From Macrostomum lignano (taxonomy: Eukaryota), in assembly GCA_002269645.1 (NCBI GenBank), contig NIVC01003418.1:9758-73757 (forward strand): a DNA stretch of 64,000 nt, given 5' to 3'. Positions 1 through 12,434 of the stretch are shown here, piece by piece. The notes under the pieces are model-generated. The model did not search any database. It saw only the letters and a program-made list of their open reading frames with translations, and was not told the DNA's origin. A program made the translations under genes and the position numbers. Within the stretch, counting starts at the first letter, position 1. Every line of letters begins with the position of its first letter.

Positions 1-1
1 A

Positions 2-385
2 CTTGGTGTCTACTTTGGCTTTCAGACACTTTTCACATTTATCCTCACTTTCATTGATAAATCTCAGTCGGAATCGGGAGGTTGGCGCGTTGCAGAAGCG
101 GCCCTGTATCTGTGCGCCTTTTACTGCGGCTTCCTCGGCATCATCTTAGCTATGATAATTTGCTGTCACAAGGTTAGAAAGGGCGAGTTTATCATCTGCT
201 TGCTAATTTTTGTGCCGATCAATGCTGCTTGGCTACTGATTGCTTTCTTAGTAGTTCCAATCGGTCTTCCCGGCTCACTGGTCATGACGAATGCTACAAA
301 TGCTACCAATGCTACTGCTCTCATTGATAGCCTATTCGTTCACATTCTCCGTCCGGCCGGATGGAATGAGACAACCTTGAATTGA
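2..385 (+). CDS. DUF1294 (YsdA-like) membrane protein, 5'-truncated by window edge
   Basis: Frame 2 is open from base 2: ...FTFILTFIDKSQSESGGWRVAEAALYLCAFYCGFLGIILAMIICCHKVRKGEF... This fits the DUF1294 pattern (DK..A..G.WR+.E..L......G..G...AM....HK.RK). Clear paralog of 1705..2127. Confidence 0.75.
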   Translation, partial: LGVYFGFQTLFTFILTFIDKSQSESGGWRVAEAALYLCAFYCGFLGIILAMIICCHKVRKGEFIICLLIFVPINAAWLLIAFLVVPIGLPGSLVMTNATNATNATALIDSLFVHILRPAGWNETTLN

Positions 386-1704
386 TGATGTCAGTAGGTA
401 ACTTGGGTTAGAAAGTTTTTGAGACAATTTTACGGTGGAATCATTCGAGCAAATTTACCTATTTAAGCGGAATATACTGTTTACCATTTCGATTTTTCAC
501 TATTCTAATCGATTTGAAAGGAATAAATTTTAAATCTTCAAGTATTTATTCTTATGTCGTTTTTTGGTAAAGTTGAATTGATTTTGGCTCATTTTAAGCG
601 TATGGTGTATGGTGCAAGGATAATACTTTACTTGAGCTTTTTATCTTTAAGAAAATATATATAGTATTAAAACAATTACCGGTAATCTGTTAATCCTTGA
701 ATAGTCAAAAATGTTTTGATTCTGACTTTGTTTTGGTTTAATAAAATTGATAGCTTATCTTATTGCTAATTAAGAGTAGCTCTAGGACTTCTAGTAACAA
801 GTCCGTTGACACGTTGAACGTTACCGTGACAAAAATCGCTAGAGTTATTTGCAAAAATTGCATTCATTGCATTGACTCTTGTGACCTTTTAACGTCTCAA
901 ACGACTGTAGTGCGACGGAGAGGCGACTGTTCAGTCACGAGCGCATCACGCGTGAGTTGTAGAATTGTAAAAGTCGCGGAAAAAGTCGCCCAATAGTCGT
1001 GTTAGCGCTTGAAGTTTTACTGCCTCAAGTAGACTAAATAGAGTTGTTATAAGTGCAAAATGAGATTCTGATTCATTAAGTGAATATGCAGTGATTCTGC
1101 AGCGACTCTACCACGCCTCAGATACGACTCTACGGTCCCAGAGTCATTATAAAAGCTCCCAGCGTCGTTTCAATAAGTCGCAAACAATAAACATCTCAAA
1201 TTGATTAACAGGCCACTCTGACGACTTTTACAGTGACATCACGTCCTAGAGTAGTCTAGAGTCACTTCTTTTCCAATTTAACCTGTGTTACCTGCAGCGA
1301 CTCTGGGACACTTCTTGGCCTAGGTACCGTTTCCATCGGGTAGTAAAAGACTTCAACAGTTACTAGGCACTGAATTGCTTATCAATAAAGTGTTTGAGTC
1401 CCGACTATTAGACTAGCCGGTGTGTACATGCCCCACGATCAGAAGGGACCTTTTCATTAAGACTGCAAATCCAAAACAGCGAGCTCTGTTGCTTTTATCC
1501 ATTAAATTAGCCCCGTCTTGGTTTCTTTTCTACTAGCTTCACCTCTCGAGAGAAACCTCGCGGTCGGCTTGATATATTAAAGGTGTAAGGACTCCACAGT
1601 GGCTCAATATGTAGCAGTTTTCCAGTCGTTAGTTACCCAGTTTTTTTTGGCTAGATTAGTTGATTGATGCAGTATTTCTGATCTGACTCGCATGCTTCAG
1701 CATA

Positions 1705-2127
1705 ATGCCGCAACCTGCACGACGAGACAACACACTCCAAGGCTTGATTGGTCCCGGCAGTTACCGTCAGGCACAACAGGCCGTCTGGCCATGCGCTGCA
1801 GTTTACGTTGCAGTTGCCCTGTATGGAAGATATGCCAATCTATCGCGCATCGACCTCGCTATTTTCATGGCTGCCTACCTAATCCTAAATAATGTGTTCA
1901 CCTTTGGTTTGGTTGCCTACGATAAATATCGAGCTAGAAACGGCGGGTGGCGTATTGCCGACGCTGCGTTATTAATCTGCGCCTTCTTTTGCGGCATTTT
2001 CGGCCTGATTCTTGCCATGATTGTTTTGCGTCATAAAAACAGAAGGAAGTATTTTTATTATGGCTCGTTTCTTTTAGTTCCAGGCAATGCGTTGTGGCTT
2101 TTGCTGTACTTTATAGTTTGGATGTAA
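1705..2127 (+). CDS. DUF1294 (YsdA-like) membrane protein
   Basis: Intronless ORF containing FTFGLVAYDKYRARNGGWRIADAALLICAFFCGIFGLILAMIVLRHKNRRKYF, the DUF1294 signature. True start codon uncertain. Confidence 0.8.
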   Translation: MPQPARRDNTLQGLIGPGSYRQAQQAVWPCAAVYVAVALYGRYANLSRIDLAIFMAAYLILNNVFTFGLVAYDKYRARNGGWRIADAALLICAFFCGIFGLILAMIVLRHKNRRKYFYYGSFLLVPGNALWLLLYFIVWM

Positions 2128-3671
2128 TAAATAGCATTAAGCTGGTGGTACTAACGACTGCAAGGTATCAGGTTGCCACCTGTCATGCGGGTCTACCGGC
2201 GTCAGAGAATCCGGGAGAATCACGTGACTGGCGTTTTTTCTCATTTTTGTCTGGCCACCGATTGCATGATCGGCTTCTTTCCAAGCGAGACGATATTTTG
2301 ACCGTTGCCCCTAGATGTGTATTCGTCTTAATTCTAATAGTCTCTGGGTTTTTCCATTTGCACTCTCTTCCTCAGATAATAAAAGACTAGATATTACTCT
2401 GCACTGAGTTAAGCCATTTTTTGTGTCATAGTCTATGGCTCAAAAAAAGTGTCTACTCTTTGGGCGAGCGTCGGCGTGCGCATGGCAAGAAAAATTGCTA
2501 GTTGCTCCAAAAATGAATTTTGACGCAAGGCACTGCTGTGCCTACGGGTGCACGTTGATTGTTGTTTATTACCGCGCATACTTATAGCAGAGAATGCTTC
2601 CCTTCTACCTGAAACTGTTGTCATATTTTGCTTATACATGAAACTGCTGTCAGCAGTCGAATGCTGGAGCTGTTGTCATGCATGTGTTTTGCTTATAAAT
2701 GAAACAGTTATCAACCTGTTGTTGAAGCTCCAACTCTTAAGCCCTCAAGTTCCTTCGTTTTGACCATAATGGGAGTGCACTCAACTTTGATGTTTTGAAA
2801 GCTTACATGTATGGGTGATTTCGTGATTAAGCTGACACGAAAATGACAATACATCACTTTTGCTACCTATTTTTAGATCGTTTGACACATCCATGTTCGT
2901 TCACGCTACTAACCAAAGAGTAGTTGCAAAAATCTAAACAAGAGTGAACTATCTAGGGTTATAGTATCTGTGCTCTCTTCTTCATCCCCGATCTAATATG
3001 TATATGCATGTTGATTTTGGACTTCGCGTTGCTAAACCTCTCTGTAATGATTTTGTATCGAAATGGGATGATTTATGACGACATCGTCTCACAACCAGTA
3101 TGCACTGAGGCGATTCTGCCACTCATTCCGCTGAAGCTCGATCCTGAGAACATAAAAGCGCGTCAATACTGTACGCAGACATGCTCACACAGGGTGTTGC
3201 CCCCTTGGTGCTGGCGCCCTTGGATACTGCAAACAAATGATTACTCGTTTTGTATGTATGAGTATTAAAGTGACACTGAAAAAACTGGAGGATCTTAATA
3301 TGGTACGCTCATATTTTCTACACAGCTCTCATTTTTACCTAATCAATCCACTTCAAGCAACTAAGCAACAGGTATTCTTTTCTGTTGCCTGTTATGTACG
3401 CGGTAGTTGCATCAGATTAAAAATTAAAAGTGAAAATTTAAAATGAAACGTATTTATACAGTGAAAGAAATTTGTCGTCTCCTTCCTTGCGTCTAGTCCT
3501 CGCTTTCCTCTACTCTTCTTTTTTTCTTCTTGGTTTTCTACTAGCTATAGACTACTGAATTTGACTCTAGGTCAGTCAAACAAGGGATATCACATCCATG
3601 GCCAAGCCAATGAATGCAGCCCTCAGCCACTCTGTCGACCAAATAAATGAATCCATGGGGGTGATACCATA

Positions 3672-3906
3672 TACGTATTCCCCAGTTGGTCGCGGCCATA
3701 GACTACAGAAACGTATTTATATCAAGTTGGTCGCGGCCATAGACTAGATAAACGTATTTATATCAAGTTGGTCGCGGCCATAGACTAGAGAAACGTATTT
3801 ATTCCCCAGCTGGTCGCGGCCATAGACTACAGAAACGTATTTATTCCCCAGCTGGTCGCGGCCATAGACTACAGAAACGTATTTATTCACCAGTTAGTCG
3901 CGGCCA
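3672..3906. repeat. 41-42 bp tandem repeat, about 5.5 copies
   Basis: Unit GTCGCGGCCATAGACTACAGAAACGTATTTATTCCCCAGCTG starts at 3689, 3730, 3771, 3813, 3855 and 3897. Confidence 0.9.
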
Positions 3907-5780
3907 CGGTAAATGAAACAAAGCAGGAAATCGCTTATATTCAATATTAAACTGAGCACAATCGGCAGCTTTTATTTGCGTAAAATGAAGGCTGTATTAA
4001 CGATTAGTAGATATCCAACTTAATAAACACGTTTATTGATTGTTCTCGTATAGAAAAACAATTTATTCAATATAAATATATAATATATTATTTTGAATGT
4101 CTAAAAGCATGCTACAGGAAACGTCGGTATTAGTGTTTTTTGTAACTTTCGGAGTGCTTGCACGGGTGTCGGGTGGATACACGACAAAACAAATTTTAGC
4201 TAAGTAATTATAGCTAGCCAGAGAGCCAGAGTCTAATTAATGAAAGCGAACATAAAGCAAAGGTTATCGTTGCGAGGATTTGTAGCGATATGTTTGGTAA
4301 CTAAGCTATTCTGAATAGAAAAAAAACAATGTGCATCGCGAAGAGCATTTATAGCATCCTTGTATCGGACTCAACGGAGTAGTGTCTAGCAGAAACAGTG
4401 AAAGTTGAAAAAATCGACCTCTGTCTCGCAAATATTGCAGCCGATCGCCACCTACTTAAAAAAAAAACTAAACCATTCCGAAAAGCAGAACTTTTCTTTT
4501 CAAATAGAACGCGAATTAATTCACTTACAGTAGTACTAATCAGTAGTGACAAGGCGGTGCAACAGCGGCGCAACATTGGTCAACTTTATCGCGAACAGTC
4601 GATATTAAAAAATCAACACAGGTACCTTCTTCAGTACAATTGCAAGCTTAAACATGTAAACAAACACACACACACACACCAGCACAAGTTGCAAGCCTGA
4701 GAAGGGACTGGTCTAACGAAAGACTGTACGCAACTGAGCTCAAAGAAATGCTGCGCTTTGTATTGGATCTCCGTGTTGTTTAGACGGACGTAGTATTGGT
4801 ATTCTTCATTATTTTAATGACTCGATGATTTATAAATGGAAGTGGCACTTCACACTTCTCAGAGCTCAGTCCGCACTTTTTAAAACACTTTTGTCTTCAA
4901 TTAGCTGGTCATCTTGTGGAATGCAACAACCCTTGAATTCCGATAGCTGGAGGTCGTTTTGATGAATTCTATTTATGGTTTATGACAGTGCGTGTTGAGG
5001 AACTGCTAAATATTCTATGTTTATATATAGTAGAATGTTGTTTATAATAAATACTTAACAACAGGAGATATGGGGGCAGCTGGGCGAAGGGCAAGGCACA
5101 AGCTGAAAAGCGAGCCAATACTGCTGAATGATACGAGTTAGTCAAAAGTATATCAAAGGTTTCACAAACAATTGAAAAAAATTAGATAGATTTTTGTTAA
5201 AACTGCAGTTTCTCAAAATTAACTTCACTAACAAGCTTATCTGTTGCTAGTGTGTTCATGGGTTTGAAATAATTCACGTCTAAAGGTTTAGCGTATTAAA
5301 ATGTGGGTCGTTAGGATTGATTTGAACTTTAAAAAACATAATTCGAAAAAGTTCTGCAACCATGCAGAAGCGTAAGTATGTGCCAGAAATGTGTGCAAAA
5401 GCAAATTCTCGTAAGTTAGACAACAACCACAAAAATAGGCTTACAATTAACAGGTTGTGCTGCTCAAAAAAGGATAATTCCCGGAGTGCTAAATGAGCGT
5501 ATGTACTTTGCTAGCCAGATGATAATAAGCGATAAAAAAGCAACAATATGCTCTGCTGAAAATCTGCATGATATCGGGCCAAGGATCATAGGGATGTGTT
5601 AGCCACGGTGATGGTGGTCGATCAATCAAATCTATTAGTAAAACTTGTCTTGCAAAATGAGTTGATAAATATTGAATGCGTTGCATAGTCTAGTAAATTT
5701 CTCTTTGGAAGAAACTATTCGTCCTCCCAATATGTTTTTGAGTTACTGCCGAAAAACAATATTTGCACAACCATCCTATG

Positions 5781-5875
5781 GGGTTGTAGCCTATTGGTAT
5801 ATAGCGTACGACTCACGACTGAAAGGTCGGGGGTTCGATTCTCGACTCAACACCCGGAACGATTTGTGTCCTTGT
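5781..5875 (+). mobile_element. tRNA-derived SINE family A, truncated copy (tRNA-like head)
   Basis: GGGGTTGTAGCCTATTGGT...GGTTCGATTCTC carries Pol III A and B boxes, followed by GTGTCCTTG. Matches the heads of the copies at 18790-18999 and 35028-35310. Confidence 0.65.
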
Positions 5876-6020
5876 GTCCAATAGGGGTAGTTGTAATCGC
5901 TTATTTATTATTTATTAGTTATTATCCTATCCCAAAAATAGTCGTTAAATTAAACTAGCTAATAAAATTCTGCAGAACATTTCCCAACACCCCAATTGCA
6001 GATCGATATGGTGAAGCCGC

Positions 6021-6941
6021 TTATTCGTCCTCCTTGCCTCGCTTGATGTTATTGACGAATTTGTTATAATCGAGTTTGCCAGCCGTGATGGGGGCCTCCT
6101 TCCAGGTCTGACGGATCTCGTCGTCGGTGAAATTGTCGCCCATGTTCTTCATCAGGTCGCGGAAGCTGTGAATGGATTTTTTTCAGTGCTTGTAAGACGT
6201 TTTTTGTTTGAATGAAAAAGGGGATTTCAAATTGGAAGAATAGTTGACCCCAAAATCTCATAGTGCTCATTGTCCGACGGCTGACGACCGAGAGACGCGT
6301 ACATATGCATGTGAGCGCACTCAAATATCGATTTCTCATCGAATTTCTATAGGTAGTTGAGTTCTAAAATCATCTTTAGCTACTCACTACTCCTCGTCCA
6401 AGGAGCCAGTGTTGGCATCGTCGAACATCTTGAACGCGTTGCGCAGCGCGTCCTCGGAGTCTGAGCCGGTCAAGCGTTCACCGAAAATCTGCAGAAACAT
6501 CGTGAAGTTCAGCGGTCCCGGTGACTCCTTCAGCATCTCCTGGAGCTCCTTGTCCGATGGCTGACGACCGAGAGACGCGTACATGTCCTTTAGGTCCTCC
6601 ATGTCGATGAAGCCGTCGCGATTCTGGTCGATCATGGTGAACGCCTGGAAAAATTTTGATCAAAAAGGTGCATAATATGCAGCTAATCTACTTTCAGTAG
6701 ATGATATGCAAAATCTACTCCCGGGCTTCGAATTCGGCAGTAGACACGATTTTGAACTTTTCTGCAGTTTTACGGGCTACCGGTTCGTCATAGAATTTTA
6801 TAGCATTTCGAATGCCTGCGCAAATTTCGGATTGAATCAAAAGTATCAGACGCTCACCTCTTTGAACTCCTGCACCTGCTGCTGCGGAAAGGCGGCGAAT
6901 ACGTTTGATGTGGCTCTCTGGGCCCGCTTGCCTTCTTTCTT
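6021..6941 (-). CDS. MYL9: Myosin regulatory light chain (MYL9/MYL12/sqh family), EF-hand protein; first exon not located
   Basis: Exons 6941-6858, 6644-6388 and 6165-6021 have GT-AG boundaries and consistent phases. They give [54 protein letters not shown]...[15 protein letters not shown], with the RATSNVF phosphorylation motif and EF-hand DQNRDGFID. Confidence 0.93.
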
Positions 6942-6975
6942 CTGAAAGAGACGATGGAAAGTGTATGTATGTATG

Positions 6976-7480
<505 letters not shown>

Positions 7481-8861
7481 CTATATCTGTCTATCTATCT
7501 TCTATCATTGCCGCCAAGTTTATCAATAAATTCTCAATTCATGAAACGACTCTTAATGCTGTTAGAAGCTTTGCCTCTGAGACTAAGTCGCAAAGATGTG
7601 CTAAATATCATGCATATATACTTTTATTCAGTTCGAATTCTTGCCACTTACGTCGTCAGCCATAGCTAGCTAAGGAGAGTCAGTTCCTTACAATGAATGA
7701 CGTCGCCAACAATGGAATCCTAGAGCGAAGGTTTGTGCAGCGGGTGCAGGCAAGAGCAGAGATATCAAAAACTTATGACGGCGATCGTGTGAAGGAAGTG
7801 GAGGTAACCAGAAATCGGCCACCAGAACGTTTCTTTTATCCCAAAAGTCGCTTTAGGCAGTCCGCTTTCCACCAACCCCCCCCCCTTCCTAGTCCACTCG
7901 ACCGCTCTGCGGGGCAGACCTAAAAAGTGATTCAACAGATCCCTGAAAGGGCTGCGCAGAACTTTGCATGTAATTGCCCGACCGGCGCACCTCCGCATCT
8001 GTAGGGGAGGGGGTGGGTGAGGGAAGGGATTCGACCCAGCACGCATTAGGAAATGTCGACTGCGAACTGCACCGGCTATACCTGGTCCATGGCATTCCGC
8101 AACTTCGAAATGGCAGGCCCAGAATTCAAGACAGGGATGGAGAGGCGCCGGCACCGCACATCCCGTTCCCAATCGATGATGGCGCTCTGCAGCCTCTTTT
8201 CTATCGATCGGATTCGCCATCTTTCGGCATTCCCTTCTCCCTGTACCCCAGGGGCTCGCGGCTTGCTTACCTGGGCGCAAGATCGGTGGAAAGGTTACCG
8301 GGAACTGCGCGCGCGAGCCCTCTGCCCGAATTTTTCCTCCCTGCAGAGAGACACACTCGACGCGCGAAAACTATATGGGACGATTAGTCAGCATTTGTAT
8401 GTGATGCAGCAGCGCGTTGGGGGATTTTCCACCACTTCGTTTCGTTCATCGTCTACTGCAATCTATCTCTTTTCTCTTCCCGTGCAGTCTGCTGTTCCGG
8501 AAGCAGAAAATTTCAGGGAAGAAAATGTATAGAGAAGTTACAAGCCATGTGTTTCTGTTTTACAGGGTTCGAAAAGCAGTTGACATTTATCGGGATTTGG
8601 GCTGACCTTGTGTGCATTTCGTGTAGAAAAGGTTTGCCTGGCGATATGCAAATAACAATCTAGCTAGGTCACTTTCCATTCCCAAGCTATACCTGATTTT
8701 TTTGTCTTCTGTAAAGCTTCAAGTGAGAATGACTCGAACTGCAGTAAAGTCTCTATTTTAGGAAAATTTAATCATTTTGCAACTTGATTTACTAAAATAC
8801 GAGTAGTTATCGTCTATTATTTATTCTATTGTACTCGTAGCCTTACAATTCCCTTTTCAGA

Positions 8862-9221
8862 TTACAGGCAGGGGGGGGGGTTGTATGCACCCAGCGCACT
8901 TTAAGCGACATTGTCATGCACACAACCGTTGAGAGGCATTACTGCCCCCATTTCGCCGACTCCCCTGAGCAAGCACAAAAGCGCGCGGATACGCACAGAC
9001 ACACACTCACACAGGAGTGTACAGCGGCCCTAACTTTATTTATCGTTAGGCATGTACACCTCACTGTGCCTTGGGTGTTGGCCCTCAAAGGGGTCAATTT
9101 CACGAGCAGAGCCAAGCCGAGAGTCAAATTTAGCCCCCAAATTAATGTGACTGTACTGGGCATTGAGCCTGGGTCGCTGGCGCATCAGAGCGCCGCACTG
9201 GACCACTGGGCTACGGTCCCC
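8862..9221 (-). mobile_element. tRNA-derived SINE family B
   Basis: Reverse-complement match to the full-length copy at 17623-17988 (head GGGACCGTAGCCCAGTGG, GGCTCAATGCC, body GTGAGTGTGTG, tail CCCCCCTGCC). Confidence 0.85.
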
Positions 9222-9672
9222 TTCTCACTATCCATTATTGTATAACATACTAATGAGGCCATAACAGCCATACTTTTATACAGCTCGGCTGTTTTTTCAA
9301 CCCAACGAGCTGTCCTTCCCGATTTCTCCGAGGCCCATCCTGGACGCGACTTGAAAATCACCGACCCATTTATTCCTGACCATAAAAACTAATTGAAAAA
9401 CCAAGATTTCTTAAAACTTTCTAACGGAACTACCTACCGGATAATCCATCCTTGATTAAGTTGACGAAGCATCGACTAAGTATTCTAATATGAAGCCTCT
9501 AAAGGAATCTTCTTCAAGACTCCTTTAAAACTCCTGCCGGCCTACTAGAAATTTCTTGCTTGCATCGATGTTTAAGACAAAGCTCGGAACAAATTTGGGA
9601 TCAAGCGAAAAGTTTGATATTTAAAATCATCATTTATTTTCAACATTGCTCCGTCTCAAAGCCTCAGATCAA

Positions 9673-10383
9673 TCAGACCAAATAGAACTTGACCCAGTCC
9701 GCGCTCGTCTCGATCTCCGCCTCCACCTGAGCGTCGGTGAACAGCAGCAGGCGGCAGGCTCTCAGCTTGCTGTTGTACAGCACGTGTCTGCAGCTGGCGT
9801 CACTCATAGCGGCTGCAACGCACTCAACAGCGCTGCTCACATTCGGCACATCGATGAAGCAGTACTCGGTGTTGTAGATGGCTCTCTTGAACGACACCTT
9901 CCATTTGGCGAACCTCAGATCCGCAGAGGGATGTGTGTACTCGCAAGCGTATCCATAGTTACGGTTGCAACTGGTGTCTCTGAGCAGTCCAAGTTCGTTC
10001 ATCCGAATGCAGTTTTCATCAGCACCTCCTGATGGTTCGCTTGTGCGAAACAGACTTTCAGGACTGGCGATGCCGTTTCCGTTGACCCTCTGCCAGCCGT
10101 CTCTCTTCTTGCCTCTTTCATCGGCCAGGTCGCTCAGTCCGAGCCACAGCTGGCAGCTGCAGGATGAGCTGATGCCGCTGCGATTCAGTGCCTGGATGAA
10201 GCTCTGCGAGTTGACGAGCTCACCTCCGATCGATGCGCACTGCCGATTGGCTGAGCACCAGCTGTGGCTGTGAGCTGTGCTCACGAACAGGCACAGACCG
10301 GCCTGCTGCATGGTGAACGGTGCGGGACACGGCAGGGTCTGCGACTGCAGCAGCTGGCAGCTCAGCAGCAGCAGCAGCAGCAT
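9673..10383 (-). CDS. Secreted C-type lectin + PAN/Apple domain protein (copy A), 236 aa, intronless
   Basis: Leu-rich signal peptide; CTL domain (C...WCSANRQC...LWLGLSD...EPSGGADENC...DTSC...YACE); C-terminal PAN-like segment (YC...SSAVECVAAAMSDASCRHVLYN...CRL). Confidence 0.85.
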   Translation of the reverse strand: MLLLLLLSCQLLQSQTLPCPAPFTMQQAGLCLFVSTAHSHSWCSANRQCASIGGELVNSQSFIQALNRSGISSSCSCQLWLGLSDLADERGKKRDGWQRVNGNGIASPESLFRTSEPSGGADENCIRMNELGLLRDTSCNRNYGYACEYTHPSADLRFAKWKVSFKRAIYNTEYCFIDVPNVSSAVECVAAAMSDASCRHVLYNSKLRACRLLLFTDAQVEAEIETSADWVKFYLV

Positions 10384-10989
10384 GGATGACTCACAGATCC
10401 GGTAAACGTATTCTGTAGCTAAATTCACTGAGGCTAAGCTAACCCTTACGGCAAAGGCAAAACAGTATACGGTTTTTGGAGCTAGAGTTTTACTTATTTA
10501 GAAAGTTTATTATAAAAAAATATTAGCCTGTTTCTAAAAGTGTTGACATTCGCTCAGGCGCTCACTGCTGAAGAGTTCTTGTGGCATCTGTACCGCATAT
10601 GTTTTTAGCTTCAAATTGCTGCATGATTCGTGAAGAAGCTGCTCAGAGCAGCAATTGATGATTGGCAAGCCAAATAAACAGTCTCGCAATTTCGTGACAG
10701 AAGGACGAGAATTGCAGCTCTAGTGCTGCAGCTGGATTGCTCTCAAGTTCGAGTGATTCAAACTTAGACCCGGTAAACATCTTTGACTTACTTTACTTAG
10801 GAGGGTTCCGGGCGTCCGGATACAGTGGGGAGGCGTTGCCGCCCATTTTGCCAACCCCTGGCGACCACGGGCAGCTAGTGCTGCGGTGTCACGCAGGGAG
10901 ATTCGGTAGTGAGTGCGGTCCCCTTCGGGGAGTCCATTCACAGAAGAAGTGCTCCGCATTCTCGACACCGGAGAGGCAGAAGGGGCAAT

Positions 10990-11147
10990 CCTCGCCTTGG
11001 GGGTGGGCCCTCAAAGGCGTTAATTGCACAAGCAGAGCCAAGCCGAGATTCCAATTGAGCTCCAATTAAATGCGACTGCACTTGGAATCGAGCCTGGGCC
11101 GCTGGTACATCAGAGCGCCGCGCTCGACCACTGGGCTACGGCCCCCT
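10990..11147 (-). mobile_element. SINE family B, 5' portion
   Basis: Same head and start of body as 17623-17780, in reverse complement. Confidence 0.8.
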
Positions 11148-11711
11148 TCTCACTAGATTTATTATCGAACATGTATAAATGAGGCCTTAGCAGCTAATAT
11201 ACAGCCTCTGATGGTTTTTTAATAGAACGAGCTGTCCTTCCCAATCTCTCCGAAGATAGTTTTGGCACGACTTAAAAATCAACGGCCTGTTTATTCCCGA
11301 GCGTGTTCCTAATTGAAAAACCAAGATTTCGCACACACTCGGCAACATGTTACAGTTTCCATCCCGAAACCAGTAGCTAACAAGTGGCCACTGGTCAAAA
11401 ATGCAACTCTCATCATAACTCTCCACTCTCTCTCCTCACCAGCCTAAGCTAGGGCCTCACTGAAATTGAGATAAATTATATAAGAAGACTCAACGACAAT
11501 AAAGATGCACGAAAAAACAATCTAGAATCTTCAATCCAAGACCCTCTTAAAACTCCATGCAGCCTACTAGAAATTCTTTCTTGCATCGATGCTTAGCAAG
11601 AGTTCGGGACAAATTTGGGGTAAGTCGAAAATTTCGATAGTAAAAATCATAATTAATTTTTTAACATCGCTTCGTCTCAAACTCGTCAGTTCAGTAGTGT
11701 TGCCAGATCAA

Positions 11712-12434
11712 TCAGACCAAATAGAACTTGACCCAGTCGGCGCTCGTCTCGATCTCCGCCTCCACCTGAGCGTCGGTGAACAGCAGCAGGCGGCAGGCTC
11801 TCAGCTTGCTGTTGTACAGCACGTGTCTGCAGCTGCCGTAAATCATAGCGGCTGCAACGTGTCACGTTATTTGATGTTGTCCGTGACCCTTAAAAGGCCA
11901 TCCCAAATGAATCGCAGTCAGTTGTGATAGGCGATTTGTGAACGGAGCACTTCATTCCATTTGGCGAACTGGCCGTAGAGGGGTCCTATGTGACAATCGC
12001 AAGCGAATCCAAAGAACTTAATTTCGCTTGGTGTCACTTTGGCAGTCCGAGTTTTCATGAAGGTGAGTTTTCAAGAGCAAGTCGATGGTTCGAGTTTGAG
12101 GGAAACAGACTTTCGGGACTGGCGAAGCCGTTTCCGTTGACCCTCTGCCAGCCGGCTCTGCTCCGGTTTCTCTCATCGGCCAGGTCGCTCAGTCCGAGCC
12201 ACAGGTCGCAGCCGCAGGATGAGCTGATGCCACTTCGATTGAGCGCCAGAATGGAGCCGTGCGAGTTGACGAGCTCACCTCCGATCGATGCGCACTGCGA
12301 TTGGCTGAGCACCAGCTGTGGCTGTGAGCTGTGCTCACGAACAGGCACAGACCGGCCTGCATGGTGAACGGTGTGGGACACGGCAGGGCCTGCGACTGCA
12401 GCAGCTGGCAGCTCAGAAGCAGCAGCAGCAGCAT
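11712..12434 (-). pseudogene. C-type lectin-PAN pseudogene (copy B)
   Basis: Near-identical 5' and 3' ends to copy A, but a 1-bp deletion near 12298 (CACTGCGATTGG vs CACTGCCGATTGG) and a degraded centre break the frame. Confidence 0.85.

Noticed and set aside
760-1360. GACTC/GAGTC-rich stretch (similar texture at 20160-20530)
   Set aside because: No consistent period or clear terminal inverted repeats could be established by eye.
5781-5855. Functional tRNA-Val(CAC)
   Set aside because: The anticodon stem does not pair, and the sequence continues into a SINE body shared with 35028-35310.
7693-8605. Overlapping GC-rich ORFs upstream of MRLC
   Set aside because: No recognisable motif or splice structure; may be promoter or repeat debris.
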